DNA of 46,195 nt, from contig JBHLQH010000028.1 of the NCBI GenBank assembly GCA_048884965.1, positions 1 through 46,195 of the forward strand, written 5' to 3'. Every line of letters begins with the position of its first letter. Positions within the stretch are counted from its first letter, which is position 1. The notes beneath the pieces are model-generated. The model did not search any database. It had not been told where the DNA came from and worked only from the letters and a program-made list of their open reading frames with translations. The position numbers were made by a program, and so were the translations under genes. Shown piece after piece: positions 20,827 to 30,698 of the stretch. The stretch is from Candidatus Thorarchaeota archaeon (lineage in GTDB: Archaea > Asgardarchaeota > Thorarchaeia > Thorarchaeales > Thorarchaeaceae).

Positions 20827-21546
20827 TTAGAAGAGGTCTTTCAACCAGGATGGACCATCATTATCATTGTCGCCTTTCGCGATTTGGAGATAATCGTTCA
20901 TACGACCAATATCCTTCCAAGGATCTTCAAATTTATATCCCATTACATGTTTCCCACTCTTTTTAGCATCAACAATGAATTGAGTCATTTGATATAAACC
21001 ATTATCAGGGATTAGACTGAGGACTTCTGGAGATACAGCATATATACCTGAATTGATCAGAAAATTAAATTGTGGCTTTTCCTTGATTTCATTTATTCCG
21101 CTTTCTTCATCGGTCGTTATGATACCATAAGGAATGGATATTTGAAAATGCTTGAGTGCAACTGTGAGCTCCGCATTCTTAGACTTGTGAAAATTTAGTA
21201 GGTCAACTAAACTCAATTTGGTTAGAATATCTGCATTCATCACAAGAAATGGATCATCAATTACCTCTTTTAATGGTAGAAGTGGGCCAGCGGTTCCGCG
21301 TTTCTCATTTTCAAAGACATACTGAATATCCACATCCATTGTAGATCCATCACCGAAATAGCTTTGAAGGATCTCAGCTTTGTAATTCACAAGCAGGAAA
21401 ACTCTCTTGAACCCTTGCTCCTTCGCGCGCGTAATATTGATTTCCAAGATGGGCTTTGAGCCTATTGGTAGCATGGGCTTTGGTACTGCATAAGTGAAGG
21501 GCCGTAGTCTTGAACCTTCACCCCCGCATAGAAATGCTATATTCAT
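20827..21546 (-). CDS. Sugar-phosphate nucleotidyltransferase
   Basis: GGEGSRLRPFT..PKPMLPIG..PILE, GTAG, MNADIL, EKP, WKDIGR. ATG 21546 preferred over the TTG at 21573. Confidence 0.92.
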   Translation of the reverse strand: MNIAFLCGGEGSRLRPFTYAVPKPMLPIGSKPILEINITRAKEQGFKRVFLLVNYKAEILQSYFGDGSTMDVDIQYVFENEKRGTAGPLLPLKEVIDDPFLVMNADILTKLSLVDLLNFHKSKNAELTVALKHFQISIPYGIITTDEESGINEIKEKPQFNFLINSGIYAVSPEVLSLIPDNGLYQMTQFIVDAKKSGKHVMGYKFEDPWKDIGRMNDYLQIAKGDNDNDGPSWLKDLF

Positions 21547-21699
21547 TAGTTGTTCCTGCAGATAGTTATACAATTACTGGATATGGTTAGGTGAGATGGT
21601 TACTGTAATATCAGTAATCTAGTACCATAGCCCGAACTCGAGAGATATTAAAATCTATGTGTATTTCATGAATTTGATAGCTCTGATTCATCTCATGAT

Positions 21700-22698
21700 T
21701 TATCCATTTTCGGTATGGTGATATTTTGTAATATATTCTGTGACCACTTGATTTATCCCATCACTCAACGAATGCTTAGGCCAAAATCCCAAAACTGCCT
21801 TGGCGCGCTCACCTAGACATCTAACGTTTTCTACCAAGGATATCGTCGGTTCTTCGTGTATGATTCTCAATGAAGGAGTCTGAAAAGCACTCAGGACCAT
21901 CCGTGCTATTTCTAAAATGGTATACGACCTATCACCACAGATATTGAGAGTAGCTCCTGCTGCCTGTTTGGTTTCGAGAGCCAAAGTAATTGCTTCTGTT
22001 ACATCCTGAATGTGGACATACGATCTGGTGCGATTACCATCTCCAAATACTATGAAGTTCTCATTTCTTAATGCAGAAGAGATGAACACCTGGAGAGGAC
22101 CTATTTCGTTAAGTTCTTGATGGGGACCATAAACATTGGTCAATCTTAATATCACGTATTCAAAATTATAGTGATTGGAGAGAGCTTGGATGTACTTCTC
22201 AGCCGCAAGCTTAGAAATACTATAGGGATTCAAGGGATTAGTTGGATGCCTTTGCTCATCGAAATCATCAAGAAAATTGCCATAAACCGCGATTGATGAA
22301 ATAAAAATAAGCCGTCGAATTCTACGTTTCTTCAATGCCGTCAGAAGACGAATTGTACCTAAAACATTCACATTTTCATAGATTAGTGGGTTCTCAAAGG
22401 ATTCTTTAATTGAGGTTATTCCAGCAGCATGAATAACCAATTCCACATCAGATGGAATGATTTTCTCAAGATCATCATCAATAAGATTACAATGTATCAG
22501 ATTAAACGAATCTGGACCAAGATGGATATGGGAAGGCAAGCTTTGTCCAGGCAAATCAAGACCATACACTTTGTAACCAGATTCTACTAGCCTCGCAGCC
22601 GTTGAAGAACCTATGAATCCACAGACGCCTGTGACAAGGACCGAGCTTTTAGAAGACATGACCGCCATCACCAAATTGGCAGATTCGTTCTGATTCAT
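21700..22698 (-). CDS. NAD-dependent epimerase/dehydratase (GalE-like SDR)
   Basis: TGVCGFIG, SSIAVYG, YSISK, NVYGP, GDG..TRSYVHI. True start may be ATG 22659 (GGTGA upstream). Confidence 0.9.
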   Translation of the reverse strand: MNQNESANLVMAVMSSKSSVLVTGVCGFIGSSTAARLVESGYKVYGLDLPGQSLPSHIHLGPDSFNLIHCNLIDDDLEKIIPSDVELVIHAAGITSIKESFENPLIYENVNVLGTIRLLTALKKRRIRRLIFISSIAVYGNFLDDFDEQRHPTNPLNPYSISKLAAEKYIQALSNHYNFEYVILRLTNVYGPHQELNEIGPLQVFISSALRNENFIVFGDGNRTRSYVHIQDVTEAITLALETKQAAGATLNICGDRSYTILEIARMVLSAFQTPSLRIIHEEPTISLVENVRCLGERAKAVLGFWPKHSLSDGINQVVTEYITKYHHTENG

Positions 22699-22852
22699 GT
22701 TTCATAAAAAGTATTGTACTAATTTATGGGAAGACACGATACTTCAAAGGGAGGCAAACTGGTTATTTATTCCAAAAGCAATCCAATATTTTGCTCGCAT
22801 AATCCTTAAGTTGGGATTGTTTTGAAGGAGGAACTAACTGGAGGAGTAGCAT

Positions 22853-24157
22853 TTGACCAGATTCGCAGAGATCAATGACAGGATTGATAGAAAAATAGCG
22901 AGGGTATGTGTTTTAGGTTTGGGATATATTGGACTACCAACTGCCCTCTTCTATGCGGAGAAAGGGTTACAGGTTATCGGTCTTGATACAAATGATGAAC
23001 TTGTCGACAATCTACGAAAAGGCCGCATTTACATGGAAGAAGATGGATTGGAAGAACTGGCCAACCGTAATCTTCCGAAAATAGAGCTCTTTACATCCTA
23101 TGAGGATATTACTGATATTGATGTATATGTTGCATGTTTACCAAGTCCTGTCACTCGTGAAAAGACAGTGGTATTGCGATATATCGAAGACTCGATATCT
23201 CAAATTGGGAAACGTGCTGATAAGGGAGGGCTCATCCTAATTGAGAGTACAGTACCGATTGGCACTACTGAAAGGCTGGGAAAGCTCTTCACAGAAGAGA
23301 GTGGGTTTGAAATTGACAAAGACTTCTGGATAGCTCACTGTCCAGAAAGAGTTCTACCAAGTAAAGTTGTAGAAGAAATGAGGAAAAACCCTCGATTGGT
23401 TGGAGGAGCCACAAATCAGTCCACTGAGCTTGCGGCTATTTTCTTGTCATCTGTCTATAGTGAAGGACTGATTCATAAGACTTCTTCAAAGGTGTCAGAA
23501 GCTGCGAAATTAGCTGAGAATTCTTTCAGAGATGTGAACGTAGCATTTGCTAATGAATTGGCATGTATTTGTGCCGAACTCCAAATTGATGTGACAGAGG
23601 TAATTAAGCTCGCCAACCTTCATCCGCGAGTGAATATTCTCAATCCAGGAATAGGTGTTGGAGGTTATTGTCTACCAAAAGATGGTTGGCTATTGGTGCA
23701 ATCTATAAGAGAAGGCTCATTCATACCGGTTCTTATTCCAGCAGCCAGAGATATCAATGATAGTATGCCAAACTATGTTTTCAAGCAAATACAAAGGATA
23801 AGCAACGATACATTTTCCCTGAAACCTGCAGTAGGTCTCTTGGGACTCAGTTTCAAAGCAAATGTATCAGATACAAGAAATAGTCCATCAATTGAACTTG
23901 TACATCTACTTCTTGATGCAGGAATAGATGTCATTGTTTTCGATCCATATGTAGATAGAGACTTTGGTGGGAAAAGAGCTTCTTCTTTGGATGAAGTACT
24001 AAATCAATGCAATATTATCATTCTGGGAGTGGCGCACGATATTTTACTTAAGGACCTAAAAGAACGTGATTTGAGTTCGAAAACCATCTTCGACCCAAAT
24101 GGTTCACTTCATGATTTCAAAGCAAAAATCGGAACGTATCATGGGACCTCGGTTTGA
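22853..24157 (+). CDS. Nucleotide-sugar 6-dehydrogenase (UDP-N-acetyl-D-mannosamine dehydrogenase-like)
   Basis: GLGYIGLP, ESTVPIGTT, AHCPERVLP, HPRVNILNPG.GVGGYCLPKD, GLSFKANVSDTRNSP; TTG start with GGAGG. Confidence 0.92.
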   Translation: MTRFAEINDRIDRKIARVCVLGLGYIGLPTALFYAEKGLQVIGLDTNDELVDNLRKGRIYMEEDGLEELANRNLPKIELFTSYEDITDIDVYVACLPSPVTREKTVVLRYIEDSISQIGKRADKGGLILIESTVPIGTTERLGKLFTEESGFEIDKDFWIAHCPERVLPSKVVEEMRKNPRLVGGATNQSTELAAIFLSSVYSEGLIHKTSSKVSEAAKLAENSFRDVNVAFANELACICAELQIDVTEVIKLANLHPRVNILNPGIGVGGYCLPKDGWLLVQSIREGSFIPVLIPAARDINDSMPNYVFKQIQRISNDTFSLKPAVGLLGLSFKANVSDTRNSPSIELVHLLLDAGIDVIVFDPYVDRDFGGKRASSLDEVLNQCNIIILGVAHDILLKDLKERDLSSKTIFDPNGSLHDFKAKIGTYHGTSV

Positions 24158-24381
24158 GTGCTAGCAATCTCTGAATAGAAAGAGTGGAGATATGCTGATT
24201 AACTAGTTTGACTTCAACACTATTACTTCAGTCAAACAGAGATATCTGGCATAATAACCCTTTTAACTCGATGGTTTAAAAAGCTGAATGTTAAAGAGAT
24301 GTTATGGATGGGCGGTGAAAGAACTACACTAGCCTTTCTAGAAGGAAATCAGACTGACAAAATCGAGGGTGTATCCGTATA

Positions 24382-25230
24382 TTGTATCGATCAATGAGAG
24401 TGGCGGCAGTTATTCCAGCACTAAATGAAGAAAGACTAATAGAGAGAACAATTAGCAAAGTTCCAAAGATTGTTGATGCAATATATGTAGTGGATGATGG
24501 AAGTACCGATACCACAGCACAGAAAGTAACTGGCATGTCCAAATCGGATCCCAGAATATATCTGATACAACATGAAGAGAATAAAGGAGTAGGAGCGGCA
24601 ATTATTTCAGGATATGCAAGATCATTTGAGGAAGGAAATGATGTTGCCGTTGTTGTTGGCGGAGATGCCCAGATGGATTGGAATGATTTAGAAAATCTTC
24701 TCATGCCCATAGAAATGGATTCCGCAGATTATACAAAAGGTAACAGATTCATTTATGGATCATCCTCTGATACACCAGGAAATGCCTGGAAAGAAATGCC
24801 AACCAAAAGAATCCTCGGAAATGTAACTCTCTCCATCCTGACTAAGTTTGCATCGGGCTATTATCATATCTATGATTCTCAGATGGGATATACTGCAATG
24901 CATAGGAGGGTATTCTCACAAATAGATTGGAAAAAAACCCGCCAAGGATATGGATACCCTGCTGAGTGGTTAATGCATTTTCATTCGAAATGCATTAGAG
25001 TACGCGATGTTCCAGTACGGGCAATTTATCTGAAGAATGAAAGGCAGACCAAAATTAGAGTAAGGAAATTTATCTTCTACATGCTTGCAATCATAGTTAA
25101 AGGGGGATTGAAAAGGATATATCGGGAGTACCTCCATCCCAGCAATGGACATTCATACAGAAAGCTACTGATGCGGAAAAGACTCCAAGAAAAACAGAAG
25201 AGGATGATACACTTTTCTCTTAGTCAATGA
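24382..25230 (+). CDS. Glycosyltransferase family 2 (DPM-synthase-like)
   Basis: VIPALNEE, VDDGSTD, NKGVG, GDAQMD, DYTKGNRF, DSQMGY. Confidence 0.9.
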   Translation: MYRSMRVAAVIPALNEERLIERTISKVPKIVDAIYVVDDGSTDTTAQKVTGMSKSDPRIYLIQHEENKGVGAAIISGYARSFEEGNDVAVVVGGDAQMDWNDLENLLMPIEMDSADYTKGNRFIYGSSSDTPGNAWKEMPTKRILGNVTLSILTKFASGYYHIYDSQMGYTAMHRRVFSQIDWKKTRQGYGYPAEWLMHFHSKCIRVRDVPVRAIYLKNERQTKIRVRKFIFYMLAIIVKGGLKRIYREYLHPSNGHSYRKLLMRKRLQEKQKRMIHFSLSQ

Positions 25231-25405
25231 ATTGAGTGATTCATCTTTTTGCGGAATTGCCTATTTCATTATACTCTATCCCATTAAGTACTCGATATTC
25301 TGTATCTAATTGTTTATGTATTGTAGACATCACTTGATACTGGGTTGATTTGAGAAACTCCTTCAAAACTACCATCAGTGACTCAAAGTGCGGTGTTACT
25401 ATTAT

Positions 25406-26458
25406 ATGGCAGAAAATAGGCAAATTCTAATGATTTGTGAAAGATACAGGCCAGCAAAAGGTGGTGTTGAAAAGCACGTTGAGAAATTAGTCAATGAGCT
25501 TGTTCAGGAAGGATTCAAAATTGATGTTCTGACTTCTCGCCACACACATGATCTTAGATCTGTTGAGAGAATGGACAAACACCTTATTTTCAGATTCCCT
25601 TGGCGCTGGGATAAGAATCCATTTCTATCCTCACTATGGGTCATTAAAAATCGTCATCGATTCAGAAAATATAATATAATTCATGTTCATGACACAATTC
25701 CATTACTGTTCTGGTCACTTCCTTTTTTTGTCCTTAAGCAAAGAAAGCAAATTTTCGCAACGTTCCATGGATTTGAAAGAGATCCAATTCCCCCAATATT
25801 TAAAATTCTTAGAAAGATTGCGCGTTTGATAGTATATAGAGTGCTTTGTATTGGTAAGTTCATAGAGAGGGACTATAATGTGGCATGTGATTCTTGCAGC
25901 ATAGGAGCTGTTGATATTGTGCCCTCCTCAATTCAGACACGAAGCGGATTTGTATTCATTGGAAGGTTGGAGCAGGATACAGGAATTCTTCATTCTATGG
26001 AAGTGCTTCAAGAACTTGAAGAGAATTATGGAATTAGAAGTCATATGACAATCTGCGGATCAGGAAGTCAAGAAAGACTTCTCAGAGAGATTTCAGTACG
26101 CAAAGGGATTGATGTTCAATTCAGGGGATGGGTTGAGAATGTACATCAGTATCTAGAACAGGGTTTTGTATGCCTTGCTGGGGGACTCCTTTCTATTTTG
26201 GAATCCCTCGCAGAAGGAGTTCCAGTCATTGCTTATGCCAACACCAAACTAAAGCGAAGCTATTATCAATCCGTAATTGATGCGGGAGGAAATATTTCAA
26301 TCCAGAGCGATATAAAAGGAATAGCAAAGGAGTTCGCTAGATTGAGTCATGACCCTGACCTTTACAAAAGGATATCCATGGAAGGCATTAAATTCGCATC
26401 AACAATGACTTGGTCAGGACTAGCGAGCAAATATCGTTCATTATGGAGAGTTCATTGA
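25406..26458 (+). CDS. Glycosyltransferase family 4
   Basis: RYRPAKGGVEKHV, IHVHD, TFHG, FIGRLEQDTG, GWV, LESLAEGVP. ATG 25406 preferred over GTG 25388. Confidence 0.85.
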   Translation: MAENRQILMICERYRPAKGGVEKHVEKLVNELVQEGFKIDVLTSRHTHDLRSVERMDKHLIFRFPWRWDKNPFLSSLWVIKNRHRFRKYNIIHVHDTIPLLFWSLPFFVLKQRKQIFATFHGFERDPIPPIFKILRKIARLIVYRVLCIGKFIERDYNVACDSCSIGAVDIVPSSIQTRSGFVFIGRLEQDTGILHSMEVLQELEENYGIRSHMTICGSGSQERLLREISVRKGIDVQFRGWVENVHQYLEQGFVCLAGGLLSILESLAEGVPVIAYANTKLKRSYYQSVIDAGGNISIQSDIKGIAKEFARLSHDPDLYKRISMEGIKFASTMTWSGLASKYRSLWRVH

Positions 26459-28033
26459 ATCTGGTTTTTGCCAGCCCCTACCTTTTCGATATACTTCAAA
26501 GATGAAGTCTATTGCTGGTTGCAAAAAGGATGGAAAAACTTTCTTTGTAATAATATAATCCAGCTCATTAATTTCTCCTACTAGAAATAAAATGAAGATG
26601 TAAACAAGGATTGAAATTAGAAAGAACAATGCTAGTGATATCAAATCATAGGGATTCATGTAGTAAAGTAATAACCCTGCGACAAGTGCAGAAAAAAGAA
26701 CTTTCACTATTGATAATGAAATTCGATTTTTCCATCTAATGCCCAACTGTCTTAGTTTGATCCAGGTCAGAGAGTAAAGCGTGAGAATATAGAACACGCG
26801 AATTAGGACTGAGCCGAGTAAACCAAATAGCTGTGTAAGATACCAAGAACCTGCGATTTCAAAGAGGATGACGAACAAACCTGAATAGATGAAGAATTTG
26901 GATTCTGAAAGAGCACGCATAACGCTGAAAAGAGAATATGTCAGACCCCAGAGGGAATAGGCAACTGCCAGAATGGCAAAGGAAAAGGATGCGTTGGGAT
27001 AGGATGCATATGAAAGGCCAAAAATGATTTCTATAGTGCGATATGAATTAAGAGCTAATGTAATCGATATTGGCATCAGTACGATAATCACGTATCTAGC
27101 TAGAGTAGATACGCCATAGCTAAATGAATTATCTCTATCTTCCGCACTCTCAATAGATAGTCGATATTTTGTTAGATACGGAAAGAGCGACGATGAGATC
27201 GCGATGGAAGTAAAACTCATCAGGAAAAGAACACCGAGAAGTACATCATAGACTCCTAATGCCTCCAAGCCTTGCATCAGTAGCAGTATAATCCTATCAA
27301 TATTCTGAATTGAAACGTCAATGAATTGAAACATAAGACTGGGAAGAGCAAATGCTAAGATAGGTTTCATTTCAATCCTTGATGCAGAGGACGGCAGTTT
27401 ATTTAGAACAACTGCTGCAAAACAGACAACTGCGATGAATTCACCCACAAACCATCCAATAGCTACACCGAGAACTCCGAAGCTTAGCATGACTAACACG
27501 ATTGTTGATATAATTCTGGACCCATCAAAAAGAAGGCGGCCGATTGCAAGCTTTCCGGTTTTTGTTTGGGCAAGCAAAACGGAGTCCAAGAATACCTCCA
27601 TTGCAGAAAAGGGGATAATAATTATCATCGCGTTAAGTGTATTAATAGAGAGTAGTCCAAGATCAGATATTGATGAAGAGATTAGCAGAAGAAATAACAT
27701 CAGTATTGTAGAACTTGCGATAATAACAATGGTAGAACGTTTGACGAAGCTTGCAAGTCTATTAGATTCCTGCCTTTCCTCGTGCGGGATAACCAAGGGT
27801 GATGCGTAATTAAGGCCAGCTGCACCTAGGAATTGTGTAAATCCATAGATAACCCCTATGAGAGCAACTTGTCCCATTTCAGATTGAAGTAATAATCGTG
27901 CTAATATCATTGTATTAATGATTCGTAGTGCTCCAGAAATGACGGACTGAGTTAGAAGTGTAGATGTTCCCTTGGCAGCTTCTATAGCATTCTCAGTCAA
28001 GTAACCACTTCCACCATGTAGGTCAGGTATCAT
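26441..28033 (-). CDS. Oligosaccharide flippase (Wzx/MOP family)
   Basis: ~13-14 TM; ILARLL..EMG, FALP, IDRIIL....EALGVY, LFPYL, QLFGLLGS. The 3' end overlaps the convergent GT4 by 18 bp. Confidence 0.88.
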   Translation of the reverse strand: MIPDLHGGSGYLTENAIEAAKGTSTLLTQSVISGALRIINTMILARLLLQSEMGQVALIGVIYGFTQFLGAAGLNYASPLVIPHEERQESNRLASFVKRSTIVIIASSTILMLFLLLISSSISDLGLLSINTLNAMIIIIPFSAMEVFLDSVLLAQTKTGKLAIGRLLFDGSRIISTIVLVMLSFGVLGVAIGWFVGEFIAVVCFAAVVLNKLPSSASRIEMKPILAFALPSLMFQFIDVSIQNIDRIILLLMQGLEALGVYDVLLGVLFLMSFTSIAISSSLFPYLTKYRLSIESAEDRDNSFSYGVSTLARYVIIVLMPISITLALNSYRTIEIIFGLSYASYPNASFSFAILAVAYSLWGLTYSLFSVMRALSESKFFIYSGLFVILFEIAGSWYLTQLFGLLGSVLIRVFYILTLYSLTWIKLRQLGIRWKNRISLSIVKVLFSALVAGLLLYYMNPYDLISLALFFLISILVYIFILFLVGEINELDYIITKKVFPSFLQPAIDFIFEVYRKGRGWQKPDSMNSP

Positions 28034-28101
28034 TTATGAAATATCTCTGTCCGCATCGCTGGTGTAAATCAATGTACCGGATTGAATAATGCCGAAGAAG
28101 A

Positions 28102-28116
28102 GGAAAACCTTTTGAA
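28102..28116 (+). promoter_or_regulatory. Putative BRE/TATA-like promoter element
   Basis: GGAAAACCTTTTGAA ends 27 nt before ATG 28144. Confidence 0.45.
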
Positions 28117-28143
28117 GATAGTGAGATGGTATGACCGAGATTT

Positions 28144-29361
28144 ATGCTAAGAGTTGCTATGATTTCCACGCTACCCCCAGAAAAAACAGGAGAATCGATA
28201 TACACTGCCAATCTAATCGATGCACTTCTTCGAAATCAAGAGATGGAAATAATTGCGATTGCTGGACCCGATGCTGATGTTCTATCTTCAAAGGGGGGAC
28301 GAGTTGAAACAAAGAGGATATGGAACGGACAAGATAGACTTTATCCATTGAAACTCTTTAGAGCAATCACGAAGATGAAACCACACATCGTTCATGTGCA
28401 ATTTGGGCCACATGGTCAGGTGTATGGAGGCCTTTTTGGTGAACCCATGCTTATTTTACTGATTTTGCTCAAATTGGCAGGAATTAGGACGACCATAACA
28501 TCACACAGTACATGGATGCCTTCGCAAGTGCAGGAGCGTGTACAAACGTATTCTATGCTAAGGCACATTTCATTTCTGGCGAAATCTTTCTTTATGCTTT
28601 ACATGAAGTTATTAGATTGGGGAACTTCAACGATTCAACTAAGTACTGTTACCCTCAACTCACAGCTTCAAAAAGAATTCCTCAAAGAGTACGACATCAG
28701 ACCATCAAAGGTCTATGAAATACCTCATCCATGCAAGTATGTGACAGATAAGATGCCAAAGGAGCAAGCACTCTTCACATTGAAGTTAGATGGCAAGAAG
28801 GTCATTCTTCTGTTTGGATTCATAAGAAGAGGAAAAGGCTTTGAGGTTGCGATCAAATCGATGAAGGAGGTTATCAATGAGATTCCTGAAGCGATTCTTG
28901 TGATCGCAGGATCTCCAATAGATCATGATGGTATGATGTACTTGGACGAACTCGTCAAACTCAAGAAGTCCTTGACATTAGATGCTTCTGTCTTATTTCA
29001 TTCTCGTTTTATTTCAGAAAGTGAGATTTCAGTATACTTCTCAGCAGCCTCAATCATTCTGTTTCCATATGACGATTCAGTTGGTGCAAGTGGACCAGCA
29101 CACAATCAGGCAGGATATGGCATTCCAATAATAGCCTCTGACGTGGGATTTCATATGAGAGAGATGCTTGGAGGAAATGTTGCACTATTTGAGAAGGGAA
29201 ATCCGATGGCACTCTCTCAAGCAATAGTAAAAGTATTATCAAATCCAGAATTTGCCCAACATGTGGGCAACTCAATCCAAAGATATTCTGAAATTGAAGA
29301 CATAGAATTATTGGCTAAGCGCACTCTATTGTACTATAGGAATACTCTTGAAAGGGTGTAG
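28144..29361 (+). CDS. Glycosyltransferase family 4 (mannosyltransferase-like subgroup)
   Basis: STLPPEKTGESIYT, FGFIRRGKG, FPY....ASG, PIIASDVG. Confidence 0.88.
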   Translation: MLRVAMISTLPPEKTGESIYTANLIDALLRNQEMEIIAIAGPDADVLSSKGGRVETKRIWNGQDRLYPLKLFRAITKMKPHIVHVQFGPHGQVYGGLFGEPMLILLILLKLAGIRTTITSHSTWMPSQVQERVQTYSMLRHISFLAKSFFMLYMKLLDWGTSTIQLSTVTLNSQLQKEFLKEYDIRPSKVYEIPHPCKYVTDKMPKEQALFTLKLDGKKVILLFGFIRRGKGFEVAIKSMKEVINEIPEAILVIAGSPIDHDGMMYLDELVKLKKSLTLDASVLFHSRFISESEISVYFSAASIILFPYDDSVGASGPAHNQAGYGIPIIASDVGFHMREMLGGNVALFEKGNPMALSQAIVKVLSNPEFAQHVGNSIQRYSEIEDIELLAKRTLLYYRNTLERV

Positions 29362-29367
29362 TTTTAT

Positions 29368-30627
29368 CTAAAGAGCTGTTCTGCATACATCAATGAATCT
29401 CTCAGAGAGGCGATTCCATGAGTATTTCATAACTACATCAGCTCTAGCAGAGGCTCCAATTTTCTTCCGTTTTGGCTCGTCATTACATAAAGTCAATACG
29501 GCATTACATATCGCTTCAATATCATCAGGTGGAACCAACACACCAAGTTCTTCTTTCATGACTTCAATTGTGCCGGCAACTTTGGTAGCGACTATGGCAT
29601 TTCCTGAAGCCATATATTCGAACAGCTTCAATGGTGAGGCAGCATGTGAAACGGGCGTGTTTGGGAAGATGCACAATGCAATGTCTGCGGCAGCTGTGAA
29701 GGCAGGCATTTCTTTAAAGGGATGCAAACCTGCATGCACAACAATGTAGCCAAGATTGCTGGCAATAAGCTTCTTGAAGAGATCCCCTGATGGTTCTCCA
29801 GCTCCAACGAGAAGGATAACGGAATTATTGTGTGCCTTATCCAATTTCTCAGCAAGATTGTAAATGATTGAAACGCCAGCCCAATCCTCAAGATGACCTG
29901 TGAACAGAATCACAATACGATTTGCTAACCGGTACTTGTCAACAATAGAAGACGTGTCAACATCAGGTCTGAAAAAGTCTGGATCAACTCCATTCGGAAT
30001 CACATCTATCTTGTGGGGGTTAATCCCATATCCCACTAGTAGATTCTTCAGAAACCATGTAGCAGTAAAAATTCTCTTGGACAGACGATAAAGTAGAATT
30101 TCCACTAGCTGTAGAAGCGCAGGACCCCAACTACCTACTTTTTTGTCGATGAGACCTGCCGCATATGCTGACATCCAATCAGGACAGCTCATCACTAGAG
30201 GACAGAATGTGAATTTTGATGACAATAGCGCTACGCCTCCAACAATTGGAGAAGCATGGGCTGATACAACTACATCAGGTCTGAAATTCAGCATCGCGCG
30301 AATGCCATAGAATGTAAAGAGAAGGATAGTCAACATCAGCGCAATAGGTGGTAATCTTCTCCACATTGCCAAGAGATATCGGTTCAGCAGAAGGTACTCA
30401 AAGGTAACATTTGGTTCCTTAATATCAGGAGGTGTTACCCAATTCTTTACATATGGCCAGTCTGAAGGTCTTTCGCCAAGAAGATAGCGTAATGGCTGTG
30501 TAGCTATGAAATGAATGTCTATACCTCTCCTAGCGGCACGTATAGCTAACTCATAGACGGATCTATCAGATCCTAAATATGGAGGAAAATGCTCTACAAA
30601 AACTGCAATTCGATTTACCCGGGACAA
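29368..30627 (-). CDS. Glycosyltransferase family 4
   Basis: HFPP, VIPNGVD, SPLKLFEYMASG, LVPPDD, YSW. Confidence 0.92.
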   Translation of the reverse strand: MSRVNRIAVFVEHFPPYLGSDRSVYELAIRAARRGIDIHFIATQPLRYLLGERPSDWPYVKNWVTPPDIKEPNVTFEYLLLNRYLLAMWRRLPPIALMLTILLFTFYGIRAMLNFRPDVVVSAHASPIVGGVALLSSKFTFCPLVMSCPDWMSAYAAGLIDKKVGSWGPALLQLVEILLYRLSKRIFTATWFLKNLLVGYGINPHKIDVIPNGVDPDFFRPDVDTSSIVDKYRLANRIVILFTGHLEDWAGVSIIYNLAEKLDKAHNNSVILLVGAGEPSGDLFKKLIASNLGYIVVHAGLHPFKEMPAFTAAADIALCIFPNTPVSHAASPLKLFEYMASGNAIVATKVAGTIEVMKEELGVLVPPDDIEAICNAVLTLCNDEPKRKKIGASARADVVMKYSWNRLSERFIDVCRTAL

Positions 30628-30698
30628 TTCTTAGGCCCTCCATATAGGACTAGATAGTGCTTATTCTTGTTTCAAGATATATATTATGCCCTCTGAAG

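Noticed and set aside
22801-22818. Inverted repeat AATCC-N8-GGATT, resembling CATCTTAAAGTGGGATT at 45581-45597
   Set aside because: Only 5-bp arms around a likely TATA box; two loose copies in AT-rich DNA are not enough to call an operator.
25130-25405. Possible frameshift removing C-terminal TM helices from the GT2 at 24382
   Set aside because: The alternative frames after the catalytic domain are short and hydrophilic, with no displaced TM segment.
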